NCBI GenBank assembly: GCA_965603825.1
Contig: CBFDEM010000028.1
Span: 434,001 to 498,000, forward strand
DNA: 64,000 bases
DNA from: Blepharisma stoltei ATCC 30299
Taxonomy: Eukaryota; Protista; Ciliophora
Direction of reading: 5' to 3'
The translations under genes and the position numbers were made by a program. The notes under the pieces are model-generated. The model saw nothing but the letters and a program-made list of their open reading frames with translations. It did not search any database and had not been told where the DNA came from. Below are positions 49,329 through 58,709 of the stretch, in pieces (the stretch's first letter is position 1; each line of letters opens with the position of its first letter).

Positions 49329-49844
49329 TTACGGTGATAAATTGGAATCAATATCATTATGTAAAAACGCTCTTAAACTTTTAATTGTCATTTTTCCGTC
49401 CTCAGAATTTTCTTCTGCTCTATGAATAATCCTTCTTGCTTCTTCTTCTCCTGATAAATTTTCGCCCAAAATTTCTGCAAGCTGCATTAAGTCTTGAGCT
49501 TCTATAAACCCAGTCCCTCTCATGTCCATTAATCGAAAACTTTGTGCTAAAGCTTTTTCAAAAACGTCTGGCTTAGATATGGCATCTTCTAATGTTGATA
49601 TAAAAGTGTCGAAATCGCATTCTGATGAACCGTTTAAAAAAGTTTTTGTTTCTGCTACTTGAGGATCTACAGAGTAATCTGATGGAGAAATTTCTTGTTT
49701 GTTTGATTTAGTTGACTCTATGGTTTTAATTAGGTTATTGACGCTTTCAATAGTGATTTTGCCTTCAGAGTTCGGGGAAAATTTTTTAAATGAGTTTTCT
49801 AGCTCTGCTTTTTGATAGTCTGTGAAATGAAATCCTGGTTCCAT
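49329..49844 (-). CDS. Calmodulin/centrin-like EF-hand protein
   Basis: FRLMDMRGTGFIEAQDL..LGENL; ATG at 49844. Confidence 0.82.
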   Translation of the reverse strand: MEPGFHFTDYQKAELENSFKKFSPNSEGKITIESVNNLIKTIESTKSNKQEISPSDYSVDPQVAETKTFLNGSSECDFDTFISTLEDAISKPDVFEKALAQSFRLMDMRGTGFIEAQDLMQLAEILGENLSGEEEARRIIHRAEENSEDGKMTIKSLRAFLHNDIDSNLSP

Positions 49845-49985
49845 TTTATTCAAATACAATTAAAGATATTCTTAGAAGAAAAAGTTTATAAGTATATTAA
49901 AATTGGAAAAATCTTAAGCAAAATCTTTAAACAAGGGTTTTATTTTTTATAAATCACTCAAATTTATAATAAAATTAAATTTTAT

Positions 49986-50903
49986 TTACCATAATGAAGT
50001 ATCTTGAAGGTAGACATTTTGAAACCAGCTGATCGTATAAGGCCTTGAAACGATACTTAAAGGTACCCAAAGATACTTGTTACTCTTGTTATAAGCTCCA
50101 ATAGCATAAACGCCAAGCCAAATCTTGTTATTGGTGTCTTTCCATACACCCCATACCGTTGCAGCATCATAAAACATAGTGGTATTAGTTGGATTATAAA
50201 TTCCATCACTATAATAGGTAGCACCTGAACAGCACATATCATAATCCATTGGAATACTTACTAACCCAAGTCCGTATGAACTTAATCCAGTTGATATCCC
50301 TGCATATGGATTTTTTGCAGTTGTAAAATTGCCAGCCATATAAATTGTCCAGACATAAGGATTATAGCCAGTTGTATTAACAGAGTTCAAATAAGTTGTA
50401 TTGCAGGCTTTAGTTATATCCAATCTATCTGACCAATTAGTATTGTCATAAAAGTAATTGGAAGTGCTGACCAAATCCAAGGCTTCATGGAAATTATATC
50501 TCATTGAGCCAGAACTTGAAGGAGTTTGACAGTTTATTCCGTTTCCACTTGAAAGAACAGCTTTTTCAATTGAGTAAAAGCTAATCCATCTATTGTAGTT
50601 TATATTGTTGACTCCCTTTGATCTTGCTTCCATAAGCCACCATAAGAAGGTTGCTGCTTGAGAGTTTGCATAAGCCCAGCTTGAGGATGGCCAAAGAGAA
50701 GCTGTAGATTGATATAGAGGCATTTCATTCCAGCGTATTTGGCCTGCAACATGGGCAGTGTCTAAGAAAACTGCGTAACAATTAGTCTTGCCTGCACATA
50801 CCCCAGAGTAAGAGCTGCCTTGTAGATCTCTGAGGGGAGGGAGAAAGTCATCATCTGCCTTAAGAAGAGAGACGAGAAGGAGAGAAAGGATTAATTTCAT
50901 CAT
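49986..50903 (-). CDS. Secreted 305-aa inactive papain-like glycoprotein; probable gamone 1 (blepharmone) mating-pheromone precursor
   Basis: Signal peptide, RDLQ, six N-x-S/T sites (NWS, NTT x3, NFT, NKS), papain-like SSWAYA / YYSDGIY / DAATVWG; length and sequon count match my recollection of the Blepharisma gamone 1 precursor. Confidence 0.8.
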   Translation of the reverse strand: MMKLILSLLLVSLLKADDDFLPPLRDLQGSSYSGVCAGKTNCYAVFLDTAHVAGQIRWNEMPLYQSTASLWPSSSWAYANSQAATFLWWLMEARSKGVNNINYNRWISFYSIEKAVLSSGNGINCQTPSSSGSMRYNFHEALDLVSTSNYFYDNTNWSDRLDITKACNTTYLNSVNTTGYNPYVWTIYMAGNFTTAKNPYAGISTGLSSYGLGLVSIPMDYDMCCSGATYYSDGIYNPTNTTMFYDAATVWGVWKDTNNKIWLGVYAIGAYNKSNKYLWVPLSIVSRPYTISWFQNVYLQDTSLW

Positions 50904-51240
50904 TCGAAGATTTATTTCCTCATCTGAAGATCGGCCTTAAATAGAAAAGATACATATCTGGAGGGATTTTGGATCGGCCGTATCCTAGAGTCTGAGAGTA
51001 GGAAAAGTTGATAAAATTGGCAGCTTTAAGGCAGAGAAAAGGAGAGGGTAATGATAATAAATGATCGAGGGGTGTTTAAGAGTGATTCGATAGATGATAG
51101 AGATTGAGAAATTAGGGAAATTAGGAAAATTTTTTAGAAATTTAAAAAATCAAAAGAATAAGAAAAATACATTAGAATGTGGTTTTAGGACTGTCTTAAA
51201 GGATTTTAGGAATAATAATAAGCCCTAACCCTAAAAAGGT
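50904..51240 (-). promoter_or_regulatory. Putative upstream regulatory region of the gamone-1-like gene
   Basis: Strong purine/pyrimidine skew; GATCGGCC twice (50929, 50972); CCCTAACCCTAA 51223-51234. Confidence 0.35.
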
Positions 51241-51490
51241 GAATATTAAGACTTATATGATTAAAAGCATGCAAATTTATGTATGCAAAGAAAATGGATT
51301 TGTTGAAAATTTATAAAGTGCTCAAAATCAAATAGATGAATGTATATTTTTTGCTTTAATGCTCTAATTCATTTCGAGCAAATTATTTAATATTTCCGTT
51401 CTCTAATATTAAATTTAATCCTCATTGTTCATATATCTCGGAATTTTTAAAAATTTACCTCAAATAAGCATATTTATTTCTAGCAAAGAT

Positions 51491-52477
51491 TTAATTTTCA
51501 GTCCTGATTTTAACCCCTAAGCAGAAATAATAAAAGATATTTGCAAGCAACCTCCCCGTTCTGTAATCCTCTATAGCAGGGTTATACTCTGACATATCCA
51601 TAAGCGTCACTTTTCTATTTTTCCCGCTGACAAACCCTACTTCGATCGCTTCTTCAGCTGTAAACCCTCCGTCTACACTAGGGCAGCTAACTCCTGGACA
51701 AAATGCACTATTAATCGCATCCACCTCAAAAGAAATAAAAACTCTATGTTTCTCATCAAATTCCCCAAGCAGCTCTTCCAGCACTTGTCCTGCCTGTGTT
51801 AAAGATCCTCTTATAGACGATTGGGGTGCTATCACTTTTCTTCTGATGCTTGACAGCCAAATTATCCTTCCGCCTTTAGAATTAACATAATCCACATGGG
51901 ATTGTGCACATTGGGAACCTTGTGAGCCAAACTCTATGAATTTTCCACCAAGTTCTGCAAAAGCTGGATCGTCTAATAATATCCGAAAAGCACAGCCAGA
52001 GTGGATACGGCCTTCATCATCAAGATTTCTTACGTCAAGATGAGAGTCTATGTTGATTATGACAGGGATGAAGCTGTTAGCATGGCAGTAGGTCAGAAAG
52101 CCTTTCGAGTCTGGCCATCCTTGGTCTTTGCCACCTCCTATCACAAAAAGATTAGGTTGGCTGGGATCTTGAAGAATCGTTTCTACTTGCTGTTGCAACT
52201 CTTGATGAGCCTCTTCTAAAGTAAGTCCTTGAATATTTCCCGAATCTCCAATGCTAAATTCTTGCAAGCTAATTTCCAGTTCAGGATTTACAACTGGCCC
52301 AAGATTATATATAAATCTTCTCAGCACATCAGGCCCTCTTTCGGTTCCCACCCTTCCTCCATTTCTAGCCACCCCTTCATCATATGGAAACCCTAAAAAG
52401 CAGACATTCCCTGCATTTCCTTTTGTAATTATTGTGCCAAGTTTCGGATCATCTCTTTTAAATAAAGGAGTCGACAT
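51491..52477 (-). CDS. Formimidoylglutamase (arginase/ureohydrolase family, HutG-like)
   Basis: GFPYDEGVARNGGRVG, INIDSHLDVR, HSG, FEVDAI..PGVSCP, EYNP. Confidence 0.88.
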   Translation of the reverse strand: MSTPLFKRDDPKLGTIITKGNAGNVCFLGFPYDEGVARNGGRVGTERGPDVLRRFIYNLGPVVNPELEISLQEFSIGDSGNIQGLTLEEAHQELQQQVETILQDPSQPNLFVIGGGKDQGWPDSKGFLTYCHANSFIPVIINIDSHLDVRNLDDEGRIHSGCAFRILLDDPAFAELGGKFIEFGSQGSQCAQSHVDYVNSKGGRIIWLSSIRRKVIAPQSSIRGSLTQAGQVLEELLGEFDEKHRVFISFEVDAINSAFCPGVSCPSVDGGFTAEEAIEVGFVSGKNRKVTLMDMSEYNPAIEDYRTGRLLANIFYYFCLGVKIRTEN

Positions 52478-52501
52478 TTATTATAAGATAAATTATTACC
52501 A

Positions 52502-53362
52502 TTATATCTTCAAAGACTTAAATGAAGAAAATAGCTTCCTGCTGTCTTCAAAAAACACTGACAAAAGTGGCCCAAAATCCTCTGTGACTGCATATCCTTT
52601 GTCTCGGTTTTGGTCTTTTTTGCATCTCCAGGTCTCTTCTGCATAAGACGCGACATTTGTAAGATTTTTTTGAGTCTATATAAAAAATACCTTATCTTTT
52701 AAACTATCAGGAATTTTGGAAAAGTCAAGAAGATATGCAGGGTGGATATTGAATTTTTGGGGCGATTTTTCTTCGATATTTATATCAAGGATTTTTAGCT
52801 TATCGTAGGCAGGTTTTGATAAATTTGCAGCTCGGTCTATATAGAGTTTTGTTTTTTCCAGCTTTAAATTGTTGGGGTTAATTCTCATTAATGAGTTGAT
52901 TCTTTTCCATTTTGCTTCTTCTTCGAGCTTTTGATGCTTCATGTTTTCATTGATTTTTATTTCTTCATCTTTTTTAAGCTTTTTGTTCTCATTGAAGAGT
53001 TTTAGCTCAGTTTTGCAATTAATCATAATGTCGTCAAGCATTTCTAAGCTGGCATTGACCAATGTAGGGTGATCACAGTAGGTTTCTTTCATTATATTTT
53101 GTAATTGACTCGAAAAGTCTTCTAATAAATTTAAGACTCTTGTATTTGAAGGCTCCGAGATGAAATTTGACGAAAGTTTTAATTGAAGATCAGGAAAATC
53201 AGGGCATTTAATTTTACTTTTTTTAGCTGGTTGAGGCATATTTATAGGCTTGCTTAAGGTTGCTTCGTTAGGATACCGCTTCGAAGGAGGCAGATGCTCT
53301 TCTGGGACTGTTCGTTTGCGACGAAAATGCAAGCCTTCTTCATGACAGTCTTCATATTCCAT
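52502..53362 (-). CDS. Hypothetical coiled-coil protein, possibly Dsn1/Mis13-like; 15-nt intron 52676-52690
   Basis: Track stop TAG is the end of intron GTATTTTTTATATAG; the spliced frame runs 57 more codons to TAA 52502. Confidence 0.65.
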
Positions 53363-53404
53363 TTTAAATATAAATACCCCGCTTATAGCATTAAAATTTA
53401 TTGA

Positions 53405-54085
53405 TTAAGAGCGTTGGATGTCAAAAACTTGAATATCATCTCCTTCACACACCAAAATTGAAGACGGCAGTCTGCTTTTATGTGTCCTAGGCACTAAATC
53501 TAAGTTTTTTATATTAAATTTCTCTTGGATTTCTTTTCTTATTTTTTTCCCAGGATCGCTATCCTGTATTGAGTCTATTGAGATATTAAGTGGTGTCATC
53601 TTAATTTCATGTAATTTTGAAAAATCCTTAAAAGATTTTTCAATTTCTCTCTTTTTTGGGGTTTTTGATTTGTAATCTTTATAGGAAGGAATATGTGTGT
53701 CTGTTTCAGGCTCTAAAAAGTCACTAACGAAGTTAAGCTTTACTTTACGAAGGCTTTGACTTAGTTTCTCTTTTAAAGGAGATGGGGTTTTCAAGATATC
53801 TTGAAGGTTTAGCTGCATACGAACTGGCTGGGTTTGGTTTAAGCCCTGCTTATGGGCTAGGGCTGAGCTTGATCGTATTTTTAAATCGGGGCTAGATTCT
53901 GCAGTTTTTTTAGAAGAAAAATCAGAACTGATTTTTGGCCTAGGTGGAGTTTTTAGTGTTTGAGATAAAGGTTGCGTAGAAGACGCTCTTGGGATTTCAG
54001 ACTTCAATAAATCCTCAAGACGAAGAGTAACACCTTTAACAGGGCGTGGGGATTGGTTTCGATATGGTTTTTGAATAAATGACAT
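53405..54085 (-). CDS. Hypothetical basic S/P/K-rich protein
   Basis: 226-aa ATG..TAA ORF. Confidence 0.72.
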   Translation of the reverse strand: MSFIQKPYRNQSPRPVKGVTLRLEDLLKSEIPRASSTQPLSQTLKTPPRPKISSDFSSKKTAESSPDLKIRSSSALAHKQGLNQTQPVRMQLNLQDILKTPSPLKEKLSQSLRKVKLNFVSDFLEPETDTHIPSYKDYKSKTPKKREIEKSFKDFSKLHEIKMTPLNISIDSIQDSDPGKKIRKEIQEKFNIKNLDLVPRTHKSRLPSSILVCEGDDIQVFDIQRS

Positions 54086-54183
54086 CTTGCAAATTTACTA
54101 AAATTATCATAATACAAAAATTATTAATATTTTTTATTATAAGAAACTGTCTATCGAAGTTAATTGAATCTAAATTTTAAGGA

Positions 54184-55083
54184 TTATTTATGCGTATTAG
54201 ACTTTGAGTTTGGCTTAGATCTACGTTTAGTTTCAGGTTCAGGCTCAGATTCATAATCAAGCTCAGATTTATCATCCTTTTTCTCTTCTAATAAATCTTC
54301 CTTCATGGCCTCAGAGACATTTTGGAAAAATTCGAGTTCAAACTCATAATCCAAAATTACCCTTTCAAAATACTCATTTTTGTCAGCATCACTTTTATCT
54401 ACATTTTCTTTAAAAGACTCATCTACTATGTATCTATCTTCTAACCTGCTTTTCGCTTCTGCCATTCGCTTATTAAACTCTTCTAAAACTTCATCAAGAA
54501 CTGAATTTTCTATCGGATTTTTGTATTTAATTTTTCCATTAGTCACAGAAAAACTTATAATATTAAATCCCCATAGCAAGTCTATCGATTTTTGGAAAAT
54601 TCTGGCATTAAACCCTTCAAGCGATTCTTCAATTTCTTGATCTTGGAGATTCTTATATTTAATATCAATATTTTTATATCGATATATTTCAGCTTGTATA
54701 TTGGGAAAAGATGGGCATTCTTCTAGCTGTAAATCTCTTTCCTTGCTAATATTTTTTATCAGAGGATTTATATAGACATTGTAGTCTGATTCAATCCCTA
54801 TGTAGTCACTCCATTTGTTTGGCTCGAGGTTCTTGTGAACAACCATAGCAGAAATATCAATGCCTATTTGTGTGGCTGAAAGACATGGTAATTTATTGTA
54901 GGCTGCTGTCATCAGTAGGGATGGGATGTATAATTCTTTGCATTTCCTGGTGATATTAGGAAGTCTGTTGCTTTCAATTTGAAGGGTACTTTCATCGCTG
55001 CCATCAAGAATTGTTACAAGCTTTTTGACCGTTGGCTTCATCTGCATTGATAGCCTCTCTGAAAGCTTTTTAAGATGAGCCAT
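54184..55083 (-). CDS. Peptide-deformylase-fold protein lacking HExxH (pseudo-deformylase)
   Basis: CLSATQIG, YINP, EECPSFP, RYKNIDIKY, GFNARIFQKSIDLLWG. Confidence 0.8.
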   Translation of the reverse strand: MAHLKKLSERLSMQMKPTVKKLVTILDGSDESTLQIESNRLPNITRKCKELYIPSLLMTAAYNKLPCLSATQIGIDISAMVVHKNLEPNKWSDYIGIESDYNVYINPLIKNISKERDLQLEECPSFPNIQAEIYRYKNIDIKYKNLQDQEIEESLEGFNARIFQKSIDLLWGFNIISFSVTNGKIKYKNPIENSVLDEVLEEFNKRMAEAKSRLEDRYIVDESFKENVDKSDADKNEYFERVILDYEFELEFFQNVSEAMKEDLLEEKKDDKSELDYESEPEPETKRRSKPNSKSNTHK

Positions 55084-55287
55084 GATATAATATTTACCAT
55101 GCTAAAAATTCAAGAAATTTAATAGTAAACAATGGTCAATTTCTCAATTTAAAAATCCTTTTTTTAGGATGACTTAATTTCATTTTATGTAAATAGACAG
55201 AGCAAGAGAATTAGTAAATAAGGTCTTTTAATTAATTTATTTTATAAAGATTGATTAAATTTAATTTTTTGCAATTAAATTAAATGA

Positions 55288-56793
55288 TTAGTCATATGCA
55301 ATTGACTGATAAAAAGCTTCATAGCTGATACCATTTTCCATATATATTCTGTATCTCTTCATCACCAACTCTATTTCTTTATTTGTAGAATATATTCCAA
55401 ATTTATCCAAAGCAATTTTCATATCATAAATTGATATTATTCCATCGGAATTGCTATCAATAGCTTTAAAAGAGCTCTTAAAATAAGTTTCAGGAAATTT
55501 CGCCAGTTCCATGCCTTCTTCAGCGATTTTCTTTTCACTTTCGATTATCAATTTAAAAACGTTTGATAATATTTCTATACACAAAGGACTAAACCCAAGT
55601 TCACTATTTATCCTATAACTTTGTTCATACTCATCATTTAATGGTCTTAGTAAATTATCTAACCCTTCTTCTTCTAGCTTTATATTATCATTCCCAAATT
55701 TCTTGAAAATTCTTACTAAATCATCTTTTTCTGCATCAATATTTAGTTCTTTTAAAAAACTATCAAACTCTTCTATACTAATTTCAAGCTCTTCATATTT
55801 GTCTAGCACTTTAAATAAAAAATCAATTGAAAACTCTTTGAACATAAATAAAGATTCTCTATAATTTTCGATCTTCATTTCTAAATTTAACTGCAAAAAA
55901 AAATAATTCAATACTTTTTGGTTAAATTCGAGCAATTCTTGATCATTTTCTAAGCTTTCGTCTTTTACTTCTTCATTAATGCTATTTAGATCTTCCTGAA
56001 AGATTTCTTCAGCTTTTAATGAGCTTTCTTGAATCCCAGTATATTCTTCTCCAGTTGAGAGAGTTTCTTGCGCATTTATTTTCAATTTTTCAGAATTTTC
56101 AGTATTTAACCCAATTTCATTATTTGATTTATAAGGTGTCAGCATTTCATAAAATTTTTCGAGACTAATACGTCTAGCTTTTTCTCTTTTAATCCTACGA
56201 AAAAAATCCTCAAAACTATTGCTGTTAATTATTGTTCCATCGCTTTTTAAAAATCTAAATAAGTCAGCTGAATCAATAAATCCTTTGTTTTCTTTATCTA
56301 TAGTTAAAAATGCGACACGAACTGAAAAATCAGATAAATTTTCTAATTCCATTTTGATTTTTTCGATTTTTCTATGCAGATCAATTTCTTTTCTAATCAA
56401 AGTTTGAAACCCAAAACTTGTATGCTTATCTAGTTTATAAGAATAGCTGAGTTTTTGATTTAAACAATTTTTTTTCAGTTTTTCATTAGTTGCAGGCATA
56501 ATTAATTTCAGGAAATCTTTTGAAGTTAGATAAGAATTGGCTCCAGAGCTATATTGTTTTATCAGCATATAAAAATCATCAAAAGTAGCTTTGAGATCTT
56601 TTATCAAATTACAATGATAAAAATCATTTGGAGTGATTACTCCAGAACTTTGTGGAATCATGCCAAGGAGATTATAAGGATTGAAATTTCGATCTTTGCA
56701 AAGAAACTCTCTGCATATTTCAATGTCAGATTCTCCTTCATAAATCATTGAAATTAAAGAGCACAGTAGGCTTCTTCAGTCTTTATTGATCAT
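55288..56793 (-). CDS. Multi-EF-hand protein
   Basis: IDKENKGFIDSADL, IDSNSDGIISIYDM; frame extends through a TGA to ATG 56793. Confidence 0.82.
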
Positions 56794-56922
56794 CAATTAA
56801 TCTGATTATGCTGAAAAATATGAAACTAATTTTACATTGTTTTTTATAAGTTATATATGCAACCCATAGTTTTTATATTTTTTTTCAATCTATTTATTAG
56901 ATCATTATAAAATTCTTAAAAT

Positions 56923-57648
56923 TTACGAAACATAGTACGTCAAGTTATCATCCCCAATAAACAAAAATCCATACCTTACCAAATCACTTAGGACTTCATC
57001 TAAATTTTTGATTTTTCTCTTCACAAGACTCTCAATTCTATTTCTATCTAGCCCAATATACTCTTTAGAGTTTTCCTTAATCGCTCTCACAACCTCAGCT
57101 TGGTCTTCATTTAAATTCGAATAATCATTTTGGCTTGAGCCAGCATTATTAAATCTACTTGATAAATCAGCCATAACATTATCAGCTGCTTGTGAAGGTG
57201 TATGCAAAATACCATTTCTAACCAAATAGCATCATAGCACTTTAACATAATGATAATGAACTTGATCATAAGTATTTACATTAGAAATTGATTGTACTAT
57301 GCATTTTACCTCATCACCAAGCTTTCTTAAAGCTCCAATTATATGCACATATCCATTTTCTATATATGTATAATCACTCAAAGCTTTGGGACGGGTTAAA
57401 TCTCCTTTGGTATAGACAATTCCTTGAATGCAGTTATTGTTATCTTCAAATTCAAACTTTATGATATTATGGGTTTCCTGGTAATTTGTAATGCGGCAAA
57501 CGATTTCGATTATTTCTATTAACTCGTTGTTAAGTTTGAAAGGCTCGCCTTGCTTGATCATATCGTTTACAAGCTTTAGGTTTACTGGGGTAAAGGTGAA
57601 TCGTTTAGATTCTGTTGTTTGTGGCTTGTAGGGAGGTGAAAATTCCAT
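56923..57648 (-). CDS. RPA32/RPA2-like OB-fold + winged-helix ssDNA-binding subunit
   Basis: TPVNLK, FEFEDNNNCI, YVHIIGALR, DQVHYHYVKVL-W(TGA); C-terminal LSDLVRYGFLF..DD..YY. Confidence 0.8.
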
Positions 57649-57806
57649 TTTCCAAGTATGCAATTATATTGCAAAAGAAAATTAGCTATTTTGTGCTGTT
57701 CAGCGTATTTTATAGGTTTAATTAAAGATTATTTAAAAAAAGCAAGAAATTATAGTAAATTCTAATTGGGGATAATTATAATTGAACTTTATATCTATAA
57801 TAAAAG

Positions 57807-58130
57807 ATGTCTGAGTCAATCATAAACAGGAAACAATTCCAACAGCTTTATAGAAAAGATTTCGCAATTGAGCCAATGGCTGAAGACTTGATTCTAAAAA
57901 TTGGTGAAGATTTCTTTTATAGATTAACTGATATGGCTACAGATGCAGCAGCTGCAAGAGAAGGCGGAAACATTGAAATCGAAGATTTTAAGATAATTTT
58001 AGAAAAATATTGGGATATCAGAGTCCCAGAATTTGAAAGAGAAGACTCTTTGAGACCTACAAGAAGAAATGCTTCAAGAAAAGGCAGAGAAGAGAAAGCC
58101 AGAAAAGCTTATAACACAAGAGCAAAATAA
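57807..58130 (+). CDS. TAF12: TFIID subunit 12 histone-fold protein
   Basis: AEDLILKIGEDF..A..R....EIEDFKIILEKYWDIRVP. Confidence 0.78.
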   Translation: MSESIINRKQFQQLYRKDFAIEPMAEDLILKIGEDFFYRLTDMATDAAAAREGGNIEIEDFKIILEKYWDIRVPEFEREDSLRPTRRNASRKGREEKARKAYNTRAK

Positions 58131-58709
58131 AAATATGTGTAATCACGATTTTATGGATAAATCATTAGTATCTTTTAACTGTTAGAATTTTAGGCAGTTT
58201 TTAATTTGATAGGTAAAATAGCATCTTTGATGAGATAAAGCTAAATCGCTTTTTATTTTTCTAAATATGCAAGAATATTTGATAAAAATATGAAATTATT
58301 GAAACTCTTTCGATTTATCTAACTATGAAATGAGGTCTACTGCGTAGGAAATCTTAGAAACAGCATTTGTAGGAGTCAAGTAAAGAGTGACTGGCAGATA
58401 CTGAGCTATTTGATGGAATGCTTCATAGCTTCCGGTCTAAAGGATAGCCAGTGATATCATAAGTTCAAATTTAAAAGGGTGAGCCTAACTGCAGAATCAA
58501 CCGATATGTCAAACATTTATTGAGTAAATTAAAAGCCTAGAATTTAGTGAAAGAAATTAAATATGGACTCTAAGATTCTGAACAATTTTAATCAAAATTG
58601 GTTTCTTTTGCAAATATCTAAAATATAACTAGTTCATATTTTAACGAAATATAATATATATATTAAGCAATCTTATTTCTTGCTCAACACTTGCATCTCC
58701 AATCTCAAT

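Noticed and set aside
49166-49357. 63-aa minus-strand track ORF
   Set aside because: Antisense to the better-supported plus-strand microprotein and overlaps the EF-hand gene end
51223-51234. CCCTAACCCTAA as a true telomere or chromosome end
   Set aside because: Only two units, internal, and not the CCCTAACA repeat I recall for heterotrichs
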